Below, in pieces: positions 39,786 through 51,573 of a DNA stretch of 64,000 bases (positions are counted from its first letter, which is position 1; each line of letters begins with the position of its first letter). Under the pieces are notes generated by a model. It saw only the letters and a list, made by a program, of their open reading frames with translations, had not been told where the DNA came from and did not search any database. The DNA is from Moniliella sp. 'wahieum'. Taxonomy: Eukaryota. Made by a program: the position numbers and the translations under genes. Location of the stretch: the NCBI GenBank assembly GCA_003971905.1, contig RSEE01000118.1, positions 62,001 through 126,000 on the forward strand, written 5' to 3'.

Positions 39786-42700
39786 ATGTCATCGCTGCCA
39801 TCGCACGCCCACACAGTGGGCGTGCTCCGCAGCCCGCTCCCTCTTGCCGCTGCCCCCCGAGGGGCGACGCGGACTGAGCAGCAGCGCGCTGTCACCCGCG
39901 AGGCCACGAAGCCCCCCTGCGTCTGCGGAGTGACAAGGACGCCCCCGCGTATAAAAAGTCCCCTCTCCCGTTCGAAACCAACCGCTCCAGTCCCCCTTTC
40001 GGCGCCCCTTTACTGGCAACAGGCGAGGCCCAAACACCGGTCCGGGCCTCGACTCCAGGCCCAACCGGCCGCCCGGGTACAAGTCCAACTATAACTTCAA
40101 CCGCAAGCCAACTTCCATCCCAGGCCCGACTCCTACGACGGCAGGCCCAACAGCGGCCACCGTGGTACCTTCAAGCTGTCCAAGAACAACCTCAAGGGCT
40201 TTCGCAAGAACCCCCCTGCTCCCAAATTTGGCCCAATCGAATTGCTCACCACAGAGCAGGTGGTTACCATGATCAGTGACAACTTGACCGGGTTTGCCAA
40301 GAATGCGTACATCCTCGATTCGCTCGCCGCGTATGGCGTGACCGTTCCGGTGGCCCGCCTCCTTGTCTGTCAATCATCTCTGCGTCCCCGCGCTCTCTCC
40401 CACCCCAGCTGTTCACGCTGACCTGGCGCCCTCTCCAATTCTGGGCCCGCCAGACCCAGCACGACGTGAAAAAAGCTGCTGCCGACCCTTCTACTTTGCA
40501 AGCGCTCCACGAACAGGACGGATGGCCGATCGAGTCTCTGCGCACGACAATGGTGCTGGAATCACCAGACACGGTTATTGACCGCCACTTGGTGAACAAG
40601 TTCCTCCTTTTTGTCGAGAAGCACTTGCTCCAGCTCAGCCGTGCCTCCTCTACCCCTGCCGCTGATCGCACGCTGGCCATCAACGCAGCCCCCAGATCCA
40701 GGTTTGGTCCAGACACTGGACTATCGCACTCCCATGGACCGCTTCCCCGCCACGCGTCGCCTCACCCGCCAGATTCACCTCCACGTGGGTCCCACCAACA
40801 GTGGCAAAACGCATGGTGCCCTGTGCGCCTCATGAAAGCACGAACCGGACTGTACGCCGGCCCACTCCGCCTCTTGGCGCACGAGATTTGGTACCGCATC
40901 AATGCCGGCCAAGTCTCGCCAGGGTTGGGTTCGCGGACGTGCAACCTGTTACGGGCGATGAGGTGCGCTTGGGGGAAGGCTTTGTCGGGCTGACTTCGTG
41001 CACGGTGGAGATGTTGCCAGAAATGGGTGGAGGTGGCGGTGATTGACGAGATCCAGATGATTTCCGACCCGGCGCGTGGCCAGGCGTGGACCAATGCGTT
41101 GCTCGGCGTAGCTGCCAAGGAGATTCACCTTTGTGGCGAAGCAACCGTCGTGCCGTTGATCCAGAAAATTGGCGAGGCCTGCGGAGACGAGGTGCACGTC
41201 CACGAGTACCAACGTCTGACACCGCTGGAGGTGTCGTCAAAGTCGCTGGACAACGACTTTGGACGGATTCAAAAGGGCGACTGCATCGTTGCCTTCTCCC
41301 GTAACCGCATTTTTGACATCAAACGTCTAGTGGAAGAAAAAACAGGGCTCCAGTGTGCTGTTGTTTATGGGGGCTGCCTCCTGAGACGCGTGCGGAGCAG
41401 GCGCGTTTGTTCAACGACCCCGATTCAGGCTACGACGTGATGGTGGCCAGCGACGCCATTGGTATGGGTTTGAATCTGTACGTTGCTTTTCTCCATCTTC
41501 CTCTCATGCCCTTGCGCTTCACATTGCATGGCGTTGATGACCCGCCGCATCGAGCTGACTTTGCCTCCTGCCCAGAAAAATTAAGCGCGTTGTGTTCGAC
41601 ACTCTGGCCAAATTCGACGGCTCAGAGGGCTTCAAGTACTTGTCTGCTTCTCAGATCAAACAAATTGCTGGGCGAGCAGGACGATATGGGGTGCACAGCG
41701 ATGACACGGTTGGTAGTGCGACTACTATGCAGCCCAAGGATCTCAGTGTACTCAAGGACGCTCTCAAGGCTCCTATCCAGCCCATCCCACGGGCTGCATT
41801 TTCGCCCCCTCAAGAGGCGCTTTCCAAGTTGTCCGAATTGATCGATACCCCCGACAGTCTCAATAAACGCACACCGGATCCCAAATCTGCACACGGTGCC
41901 AAGTTCAACAACGACAGGAACGACAAGTTCCAAAAGGATACGTTCTGGAACAAGGATGATATGTTCAAGGACAAGGCATCTGCGCATGACAAAACGGCGA
42001 GGATGTCAAAGGCCATCATTTCGCCTCAAACCGAGGGAGTTGGGCGTTCGCTTCTTGCGTTGCGCAAGGACGCACAGATGCTTGTCCAGCTCAACGAGGA
42101 GCTCTTTTTCCATTCCAATATCAGTGGCCAGCTGAATGTGCTCGAGGTGATTGAGAAGGCATCCAGCTTCCGCTCGTCGGAGGACAGTGTGGCAAGCACG
42201 ATGGCTCGGGCCACGCAGGGAGCGAGGCCAAGATGCGACGATGCCCGTTGGGTTTGATTCGGGTCAGACTCTGTCGATTGCGGAGCGAGAACGTTCTCGG
42301 ATGCACCGGCAAATACGAGAGACCTGCGGGTGATGTATGCCCTTCAGTCCTTTACCCGTCACTTTTGCATGGGTTCGCTTGTCGAGTTTGACAAGGCGAT
42401 GAGGCAAGCGAGATGTTGCAGACGCTGTTGCGAATGGAAGAGCTGGAGAGAGAGGCGATCGCGAAAGGCGCGCAGATGTTGGAGTCGATGGCATCCGAGA
42501 AGGATGCTGTCAACCCATGGTCGATCTCCCACCAACGTGGAAACCATTGGGTTCGGACGATGCTGATGGGAAAACGGGCCGTCCAAGGCCGCAGCGGAAG
42601 AGCAGAAGCCATCAGGCCTCTCCTATGGGCGTTCCCGAAATGCAGCTCACTTTGTTGATCCTGACGCACCGGAAGTGCACATCGATACACTCACCAAGCT

Positions 42701-43065
42701 CGAATCGCTGCATCGAACGTGTGGTTATACCTGTGGCTTTCGTATCGCTTTCCCCTTTCGTTCTGCTTTGGTCCCCAGTGGCCGATTACAAGCACCGTAC
42801 CGAGATGATGATCCAGTTCACACTTGAGGCTATCCGGATTGCTCGTGTGAAACGTTTGCAGCGTCTCTTCAGTCTCCGTGCGGCTGCTGCCGCAGAGACA
42901 AGTGGGGGGGCAGGAACTGTGCCGACGAAAACGATTTTGGGTGAAAACGATGACGAAACCGATTTCGACGGACGCGATGCCGAGAGCGATGCCGACGGAG
43001 GCAATGTCCATGGAAGCGATGTCCATGGAAATGCTGCCGAGAGAAATGTTGCCACGGACCATTAA
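39786..43065 (+). CDS. SUV3: Mitochondrial ATP-dependent RNA helicase Suv3
   Basis: [89 protein letters not shown]. Confidence 0.95.
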
Positions 43066-43220
43066 AGCCTGCCGAGATGACCAGGCTCTGAGACGTATCC
43101 ATCCATGTTCCCTACGCATCCTTACTATTCCTCTTCCCTCTGCCCCATCCATTGTCACCACCACTTGCACATTGTAGTATGTACATTACCAAGACCCATA
43201 TGCATGCTGCTTCGTGGGAT

Positions 43221-45329
43221 TTAGCTCCAACACTCTTCTTGTAGACGGCCTTGGTTGGAGAGCAGCGTGATGTATCGTTCCGCCTGCTCCTCCGACAGGC
43301 CACCTTCCTCAACGGCCGCTTGAGCCAGGGCTTGGCGGATCGCTTCCGGCATCTTGCCCGCCGAACCCGAAATAAGAACATAGGCGCCCGTTCGGCCAAC
43401 GCTTGCCATAGCCATGCCCGATCCGCTTTTCGAGCCAAGAGGTCTTGCACATACACCCCACCCCGAGGCCGAGCCGCCGCCGCAGCGGCCAACTCAGCAT
43501 CCTCTGGCCCTACGGATCACGGGACGCGGCGAGGTGCCAGCTCAGCAATCCCGCCTCTCCCCACCGTACCCAGTCCGAACGGAAGAGCACGTCGCTGTCC
43601 GCGTTACGAAGCCAAGGTAGATACGGTTGCGGTCCACAAGCCGAGAACCATTCCCTTTCCCCTCTTCCGCGGTCGGCGTGGCGGGACGGGTGGCGCTCCG
43701 GTTGGATTGCTCCGATCGGAGCAGACGGGCTTGCAGAAAGGCACGCATAGGTGCCACCCTGTTCCCGGACCACGTACACGACCGGCGTCTCTTCGTGTGG
43801 GGGTAAGCGCAACGAGCCACGCGTGAGCGTGTAGGGCACAACCGCGCCAACAGGCAAGGTACTAAGCCAAGCGGTACAGACACCCCGCCGTGGCTCCCTA
43901 AGCCGGGTCTTGTACTTGACGATGGCCACTGCCAATTGGACACGAGGGGCCAGGCTGTTGCCATGCAGGTACGTTCGATCGGACGCAATGCTAAACTCTC
44001 GTGGCTTGAGAAAAGGCACCACATCCAACAAGTAGGCAAGATCAAACTGCACGGTACCAAACTCTCTAGTACTTCGAGGATGGTGCGACGAACGCGTTGG
44101 GCATAATCAAACATCTCATCCCCCCCTCACCAGGAGTGCAGTACTCGTCCAACTTTTCCCGCTCCATCTCTCCCTTCGGCGAAAAACGACGGATGGCTTG
44201 AAAAAAGGTAGCGCGGGGAACAGAGCAAATGTCCAGGTGATCGCGCACCAGATCAAACAGCGTTACCTGCGACGGAACATCGCTTGGGATCTTACGATCT
44301 GAGCCACAGTCCCATATTAGCCACCAATATGCGCAGGAGAGGGAGAACAAGACGTACAGCCCAATTGGGGGGACAGGTGGAGGATGTGATGTTTGGTGTT
44401 TGTCCAGCCCATTCGAGCAAGAAACGCTCTACATCCACCTCAGAGTTCTGCGGCTTGAGGCACAAAACGTCGCCCGGATGATAGTCCATAGGATGCTGCT
44501 CCTCTGTCACCGTGTCCGTCGGCGAGGGGAGGTGCTCAAACTCAAGAAAGCGCACGTCCTGGAAATGCTTTGGGGCAGTCATGCGCTCATTAACCGTCAA
44601 CCGAGCCAAGTGCTTCCCATTGGGCGCCAAGGAGCCGAAGCACTCGCTAACTCTTCAGGATCGACAACTTTGTCGGTCAACTCAATCTGGATACTGGGTG
44701 GTAGTAGGACCTCTTCTGGAATCTCATCCAGACCGGCTGGAAGCGGACAATCGAGAGAGAGCTTCTCCCAGAGTGCAGTCGTGAACGGGTCAAAGGCCCT
44801 CGAGGCTGAGGTTAAACGGGCAGGTTAGAGGGGGACAGGGATCCGGACAGGGGAAGCAAACGTACCCGAGAGGGTGTTGATCGTCGGCGTCCTGGGCATC
44901 AATGTACTCCGAAGCTCCAGTCCCTGCAAGCGGCGTCGCAAAAGACGGGCAGCCCAACAAAACTTGAGATAGCTGCTGTCTCCCAGCCCAGGACGGCAAA
45001 GCGAAGGTCGGAGAGGCTGTCGGTCGGCAAATCGGCACGGAGAAGGAAAGACCAAAAGGATGGCGAAGTGGGAAAGTACCATTCCCGGTGGTGCTAACGA
45101 GAAATATGACGGGTTCCTCCTCATCCACCAGATCCACAACGTCGTATTCGGCCACGTCGAATACACGCACGCGTACCTGCGCCGCTGACCAGCCTGGGCA
45201 AGGCGAGCGGCCAGATCCTCAGCAGTGCCGGTTTGGAGCAGTAGATCACCGTAAACGACCCTCGTGTGGTATCCCGGTATTACTGGAAATAGTTGCTCCG
45301 TCTGATGGGTCACCATCACGGGCAAGCAT
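43221..45329 (-). CDS. TAH18: NADPH-dependent diflavin oxidoreductase (Tah18/NDOR1)
   Basis: Flavodoxin-like VIYCSQTGTAEDLA (across indels), VSTTGNG, GLGDSSYLKFCWAAR, DDQHPLG, NERMT..HFQDVR, KPREFSIAS, VKYKTRLREPRRGVCT, C-terminal GRLQEECWS*. Confidence 0.93.
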
Positions 45330-45544
45330 GGTGGTGTAAGCCGGGAGCGCTTAGGCAATCGTGTGGTGGAGACGTCCGAAGATGGGGTTGAGGCTCGCCA
45401 GTCAGAAAGCAGAAGTGGGAGCGGAGATGAAATCGGAGCCAAAACAACTTTTGTCCCTATTATTTGTCGGCATTTCAAATCTCGGATCATCCATCCATCA
45501 TGCACGGGACGGAAATGTTAGGTCTGGTTTATTTAATCTGGTGC

Positions 45545-47640
45545 TGTAAGGGTCGGGCGAGACGAGGGAGGCTACTAGTAGTGAGAGGCCAAAAGTGCCA
45601 AAGGATGCACTGTTGAATGGGTATGGAGAAAAAGACAGGAGCGGCGAAGAGCAGTGAGAAGATTTACCTGATCAGCTAACAGGACCGTGACAGTTGCCCT
45701 CAGAATCGTCCGGGGGAGCAGCACAGAGCGCATCTCCTCACATGCGAACAAAAAGCACGGTTCCTTTTCTCCTGCAAAGAATCCACATCCACTTTGAAAA
45801 ATGGAAGAAGCAACCCAAATAAGACTAGCATTTGAAGGTAGTATGAAACATACGAGCAATCCTATAGGGCATGAATGCCCCAATAAATCCACCACGGAGT
45901 GTACCCTGCATATGCGATGGGAGATATGAGGCGCTTCATACTAATAATACTATGTCTCGCGAGAGAAGGGGAGAGAACTGTATATAACTTTACCGAATAG
46001 AGAGACTGTGAAGAAAGAATTTGTCTGGTGGATCGTCCTCTACGTAAAGAATGTGTTCCACAAGCAGGTGTTCCAAACTGCATAACAACACTGTCGTGAA
46101 TAGATTGAGAGTCTCCCCACATCTTGCTCCAAATCTCATTTGGGGAACCAACATGCAGATCGCGTGTCACCTAACCACACCCGTTGCGGAGGACGCTGTC
46201 GCCCTCGCTGAAGGTATGCACACGTATCGCCGCCAAACACGCCGTCGCGAACGGCTATACCCCCACTCCACAAACCACTTCCGTGATGAGCATAGAGATA
46301 CCCAAGACCAAATCTCTGTCGTTGCCAACATCCTTCGTCCGGTGTATACGACCTTCTAGAGACCAGGGCCATCTCATATGAGAATCTCGAAGGAATGAGC
46401 ATATAATGTCTCATCTCTGGATATTGAAAGAGAAAGGCATTAACCTATAGACCTTAGATCCCGAAAAGTGTTTCCCTGGTGTCACTCGTACACCGTGCCT
46501 TAACCCGTACATTTCCCAATTAGCTCCCTTTGGTTATGGATATGACCCAGAGTCTCCTTGTCCCCATCCAGATCATCTGCCTCACGCGCGTGAGCTCCTG
46601 GAACAGTACATAGCCCTATATATGGATACAGCGATAGAGGCGCTGCATGGACGCTCATTTGGGTAACGTTTCTCTTGTGTGTTCAACCACGACCTATAGT
46701 CCAGCAGATCATCGACGATGGCACACCGTCTCTACGGTCTTCCTGTACTATCATACTCGGTGTGACTTGTACGGTTCCGTTTCAGAGGTCTCACGAGAAA
46801 GATTATGAGGTCCCTATAGTGCAGCCCGCCGTTCCAGATATGGTATCCAAGACCAACTCTGATGCGCAACACTTTTCTGGCACAAATGTTACTGTGAGGA
46901 TGTCGCCTAGAAGGGATGTGGCTGCACCTCCATCGCTAGAGCAGCTACGCCGAGTCTACCAATGACTCGTTGGTAATCCTCTCTTCCCTCACTCGGCTCC
47001 TGTTGCGTTCGCTCTTTTCCCTGTGCGCATCCTATCATCCCCTTCAAGAATAATATACCTGCCTGCTGCTTGATGATCCCAATCGCGATGACCAAGCCGC
47101 TCACCACTGCAGTCCTTTGGGCGTCCGTTCCACAATTCTCTTTTTAAGCGCTTTCTATTTGTAAGAGTCGGGCGAATACGAGTGAGACCAAGTACCAAGG
47201 GAAGCCAAAGATGCACTGGTGGGAGAGAAGGGAGAGAACAGGATCGGCGGGAAGAGTGGTGAGAAGATTCCCCTGATTAGCTAAGAGGATCGTGACACTA
47301 TTAGCGTTACAGTGGGGGCTAAGGCCTAAAACGAGGGAGACCACAGTCGGGACTAAAGCCAAGGGATGTAGCAATCGTTCATGGGGAAGAGAAACAAGAG
47401 CAAAAAGCACATCTCGTCATTGCGAAAAACGGAAGACAGAGGAAAGTGAGACACTCGGGAAGAAGAGATGGGAAATGGGGCCGAAGAGATGAGCCCAACT
47501 ATGACATGTATGAGCCAGCGTGTCGTTTGAGTTGAACGGATTCTATCACGCACACGCGTTTTGATAGAGCAGAGAGAGAGAGAACATGTACCCGAAAAAG
47601 TGACTCCATATTAATAGTGACTATGGTTGTATGTGACATG
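45545..47640. mobile_element. Degenerate repeat or retroelement relic with two diverged LTR-like copies
   Basis: Segments 45545-45693 and 47160-47298 align by eye and both begin TGTAAG. Low GC, no intact ORF, no recognisable RT or integrase motif. Confidence 0.45.
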
Positions 47641-48992
47641 GGACTTATTTCTCTGACGAACAAGGAGTCTCTGTCTCTATTGAGTACTGAGCGCACTGAG
47701 CACTGAGTAACTGAGTACTGAATGTACCAAGTACTGAGGACTCAGACTGAGTTCAGTCTCCTGAGGCCTGAGAGCGCGTGAGCCTCAGCCCTGAACTCAG
47801 CGCTCGGCGAGCGCCGCTCAGGCCTCAGGCGATCAGTACTGAGACTGAGATCTGACAAAGGATCTGAGATGCTGCATGGCGAGAAGGGGAACCATATGAA
47901 GAAGGGGAAACGCGTTGTGCGTTGAACTAAACGTGTATACGCAATAGTTAAGATCCATATATAATGATCTTGGACAACTGATATAACAGTTTGGGCAGTA
48001 TAAAATGCATTTCCCCCCGGTATACGACGATAGGTGCCTTTTGAGATGAGAACTCGAGTGCATTTAAATCTTGAGGTCCTTGAGAGCTTCATCGCGAGTC
48101 GCGACTTGCGACTCAGTGTGCCAACATCTGGCATCATCTGCAACACACGCCACAAAAATTCCATTTTCACTGCATCCTTTTCTTAGTACTACTGCGAATA
48201 TCACTACTGTTGTATATCAGTCACTGTGATGTGTTGGTGTGGATCATTCGAATGCTCTCTTCCACTATCGCTATTTTGATGGATGCTGGATATTGAATCG
48301 AGATGATCAGAATGAATGCCGAATCGCCTGGGGACAACCTCTGATGGGGTGGATACTAATATACGCTTGCTCAAGAAGAAAACGCGATGACACAGCTCCG
48401 TTTCGCAAGGTGCACCACATCAGAAGGGGTGTGGACGGGGGCGGACTGGCGGCACAAGGAGGGAGAAGGAGGGAAGGGGGTATGGATCGTCCTGTCGAAG
48501 AAGAAAAGAAGGAATTGCGGTGCTGGTGGCACGGGTATATTCGCACCCAGCGGGGGGGGTGCCGAGCAACGGGAGATGCCGCGTGTGTCACCACACCGAT
48601 TGTGGCACGTGCCCCATGTCAGCACAGCGTGGCTTTGCCGCTTCTGTATCCACACACTGGGCCAGTGCGACGCCGGCTGCGACGCGTGGCAGAGCCCACG
48701 GGCGGCGGGAAGGCTGGCACGCGCATCACGTGACAGCTCTTTCTGTTGCACCCGCTGGGCACACAGCACGAGGTGGCCCCACACTGGCGCCGTGCCCGCC
48801 GGTGGGCGTGGCGGGCGCGGGCGGGCAGGGCAGGCCGAGGCAGCACAGCACTCGCCCGTCGGGACTCGTCCTCGTATTCAGTACGCAAGTCGCCGTAGCA
48901 CTCAGAACTCAGAACGCCGTGCTCGCCTCAACACTCCACCCGAGTGCTCACGGCCCGCGCCCTCCCATCCTGCGCGCCCCCTGCCCGCCCCC

Positions 48993-50969
48993 ATGTCCGT
49001 CATCAAGCCCCCCGTGCGCAGAAGCGCAACTTCAAGGGCTCCAGCTCGCCGACTCGCCCTTGAGCATCCCTGTGCCCCGCCTCAGCCACGCCTCCTCCCC
49101 CACCCGCAAACCCACCGACCAGCAGCATGGCCTGGTCAACCACGCCGCCTCTTCTGCCCACACCCACACCCACTCCCACTCCCACACTCACTCCCCACTC
49201 TCGCACCCTCACGTCCGCATCCACCTCCTCCCGCATGCCCGAGCCCCTCTCCGTTCCCCCTTCTGTCCCCGCCCCCGCCCCAACCCCCGCTCCCGCTCCC
49301 CTCTCCAACCCCATCACCACCCCCCAGCACCGCTTCCCCTTCGCTCGGCCACACACAGTCCAAGCGAGTCCGCCATCCGCCCTGCCCAGCAGCGTCCCCC
49401 CTTCCCTCTTCCTCTTCGCCGCGCTACTGTTTCCAAAGCCACGCTGTTACTACGCCCTCGTTCCTGGAAGGGGGTGCGGCACCGCTCCGGCCAACAGCAC
49501 TGCCTTCCGCCCGCCGGCCGACGCTGTCAGCGCTTCGGCTGTGCCCTCTTCCTTCCCCTTGGCCCCGCCTCCAACCACCCAACTTCCTGCCTCGGCTCCT
49601 GCCCTTGGGGCTCCTGTCGACCCGCCCCCGTGTCCACTGGGCTCGCAGAAGTGGGTCGGGTCCGAGCTTTGGCGCACCTCCCCGCCCTGGGGTCGGGTTC
49701 CCGAAAAAGTCGCCTGGGCGACTAAAGAAGCGGGCACCGAAAAATCTCAAGCTTCAATTGGGGCCCGAGGCACTCAATATCGGAAGCGCTTCGCTGTCTG
49801 GGATGGTTGGTGAGGCCGGGAGAGAAAATGGGTCGAACCCGTTGGCTCGGAGCGGCGCTTCGGGCAGTTACCATAAGCTGAGCGAGCAGCTGGCTTCGCT
49901 GATTTGACTGGGACCAAGCATAAGGCTGGCGAGGTGCCTCAAAGTTTGTCCAACGACGATCTCGAGTTCCTTTCCGAGCTCGGGGCCGGCAATGGCGGCA
50001 CAGTGACCAAATGCGCCACCTTCCCTCGAGCCAAGTTCTGGCTAAGAAAGTCGTCTTTGTGGAGGCCAAGCCAGCGGTGCGCAAGCAGATTGTTCGTGAA
50101 CTCCAGATTATGCACGAGTGCGACTCGCCCTACATTATCAACTTTGTTGGTGCCTACCTCACCGAGCCGCACATCTGCATGTGCATGGAGTAATGGACCG
50201 AGGGTTTTGTTCTGTTTCTCCACGCCCCCCCCCATATATTTCCTTTGTCTTCTCCACCTTTTTGTTGGCGTTCTCTGACTCTTCTCTCTTTCCCAGCTCG
50301 CTGGACCAGATCTACAAACATAAAGGGGCCATTCCGTACGATATCTGCGCTTGTGTAGCCAATGTGGTGGTGAATGGTCTTACCTATCTCTACGATGTGC
50401 ATCGCATCATTCATCGCGATGTCAAGCCCAGTAACATTCTCGCCAACAGTTCGGGCGAGTTGAAGATTTGCGATTTCGGCGTATCAGGTGAACTGATCAA
50501 CTCTATCGCCGACACGTTCGTTGCACGAGCACGTATATGAGTGTGAGTACAATCTTCTGCCCCCTCCTCCTCCACCTCTACACCCTGTCTGCTTCCTGCA
50601 CTGAGTCTCCTAACCAATTTGGACCCCCCACCCCAGCCCGAGCGGATCCAAGGCAGCCAGTATACTGTCAAGAGCGATGTATGGTCGTTGGGCGTAACCC
50701 ATCGAGCTCGCTTTGGGCCGGTTCCCCTTCTCGGACGAGGAGAATGAGAATGAGGTGGGCAGCATCCTCGATTTCTCCAGCACATTGTCAATGAACCCAG
50801 CCCCCGGCTGCCGGATACGTACCCTTTGCCCTTGCGTTCCTTTGCGGATGCCTGCTTGGCCAAGGACCCACTCAGCCGCGCCGCGCCCAAAGTGCTCCTC
50901 CGCCACCCGCTCATCACGTCGGCCTCTCTGACACAGGACCAACTGGCTGCCTGGCTCAACGCTCCCTAG
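48993..50969 (+). CDS. fuz7: MAP kinase kinase of the pheromone pathway (Fuz7/Ste7)
   Basis: N-terminal KRNFKG.QLADSPL (across indels), [74 protein letters not shown]. Two introns. Confidence 0.93.
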
Positions 50970-51573
50970 TTTCCTTTTGCATGTCTCTACTCCCTCTCCC
51001 CTCCCCCCGCCCCTTCCGCCCCTCTGCCGTCTTTCCACGCTATCATACCCTACGCCTCACGTTCCCTTTCCTACCTTTGTGTCGCTGGGCCGGCCTTCCC
51101 TTTCCACGCTGCCCCCCGCCCTTTCCCCGACCTTTTCGGGTTGTCGGTCTCCCTCCCACCTCACTCTGCTTTGCATGTCTTTCCTGCCTGGAGAACCAAC
51201 TGTACCGTAGTACCATTTGATCCTTCATTGCTGCGTTGCGCATTGAGCTTGAGGCTCAGGTTGGGGCGCTGGTTCAGTTGGAAAGGGCGGTCGTGGGTAG
51301 GCGAGAGGGGGGGGAGTCCTGCTGCAGCACCATGTAGCGCCGCCCGAGGCGAGCCGAGGCAAGCTGTGCGAATTCTATGGATTGGAGTCCAACTGGAAAC
51401 TGAGGTCTGTCAAGCAGATGGTGGGGCGAGGAAGGAGCTAAGAGTACATCGCACAAGCAAGCACATGGAGGAATCGAATGCGGAGTGGAATAGTGGCACG
51501 GCAGGAGCCCCAGCCTTATTTTGTTACGTGAACCGGGGCGAGCAGGCCCAACCAAGTAGCCAGGACAAGCTGG

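Noticed and set aside
46800..46990. Faint resemblance of SPRRDVAAPPSLEQL to Crypton tyrosine-recombinase C-terminal motifs
   Set aside because: The match is too short and no catalytic R-H-R-Y pattern is identifiable. It needs an HMM search.
45575..47696. Hydrophobic minus-strand ORFs in the low-GC island as a pheromone receptor (STE3)
   Set aside because: No STE3 hallmarks (WCDI, QGHR.DI, GC..) were found. The hydrophobicity is explained by the pyrimidine-rich strand.
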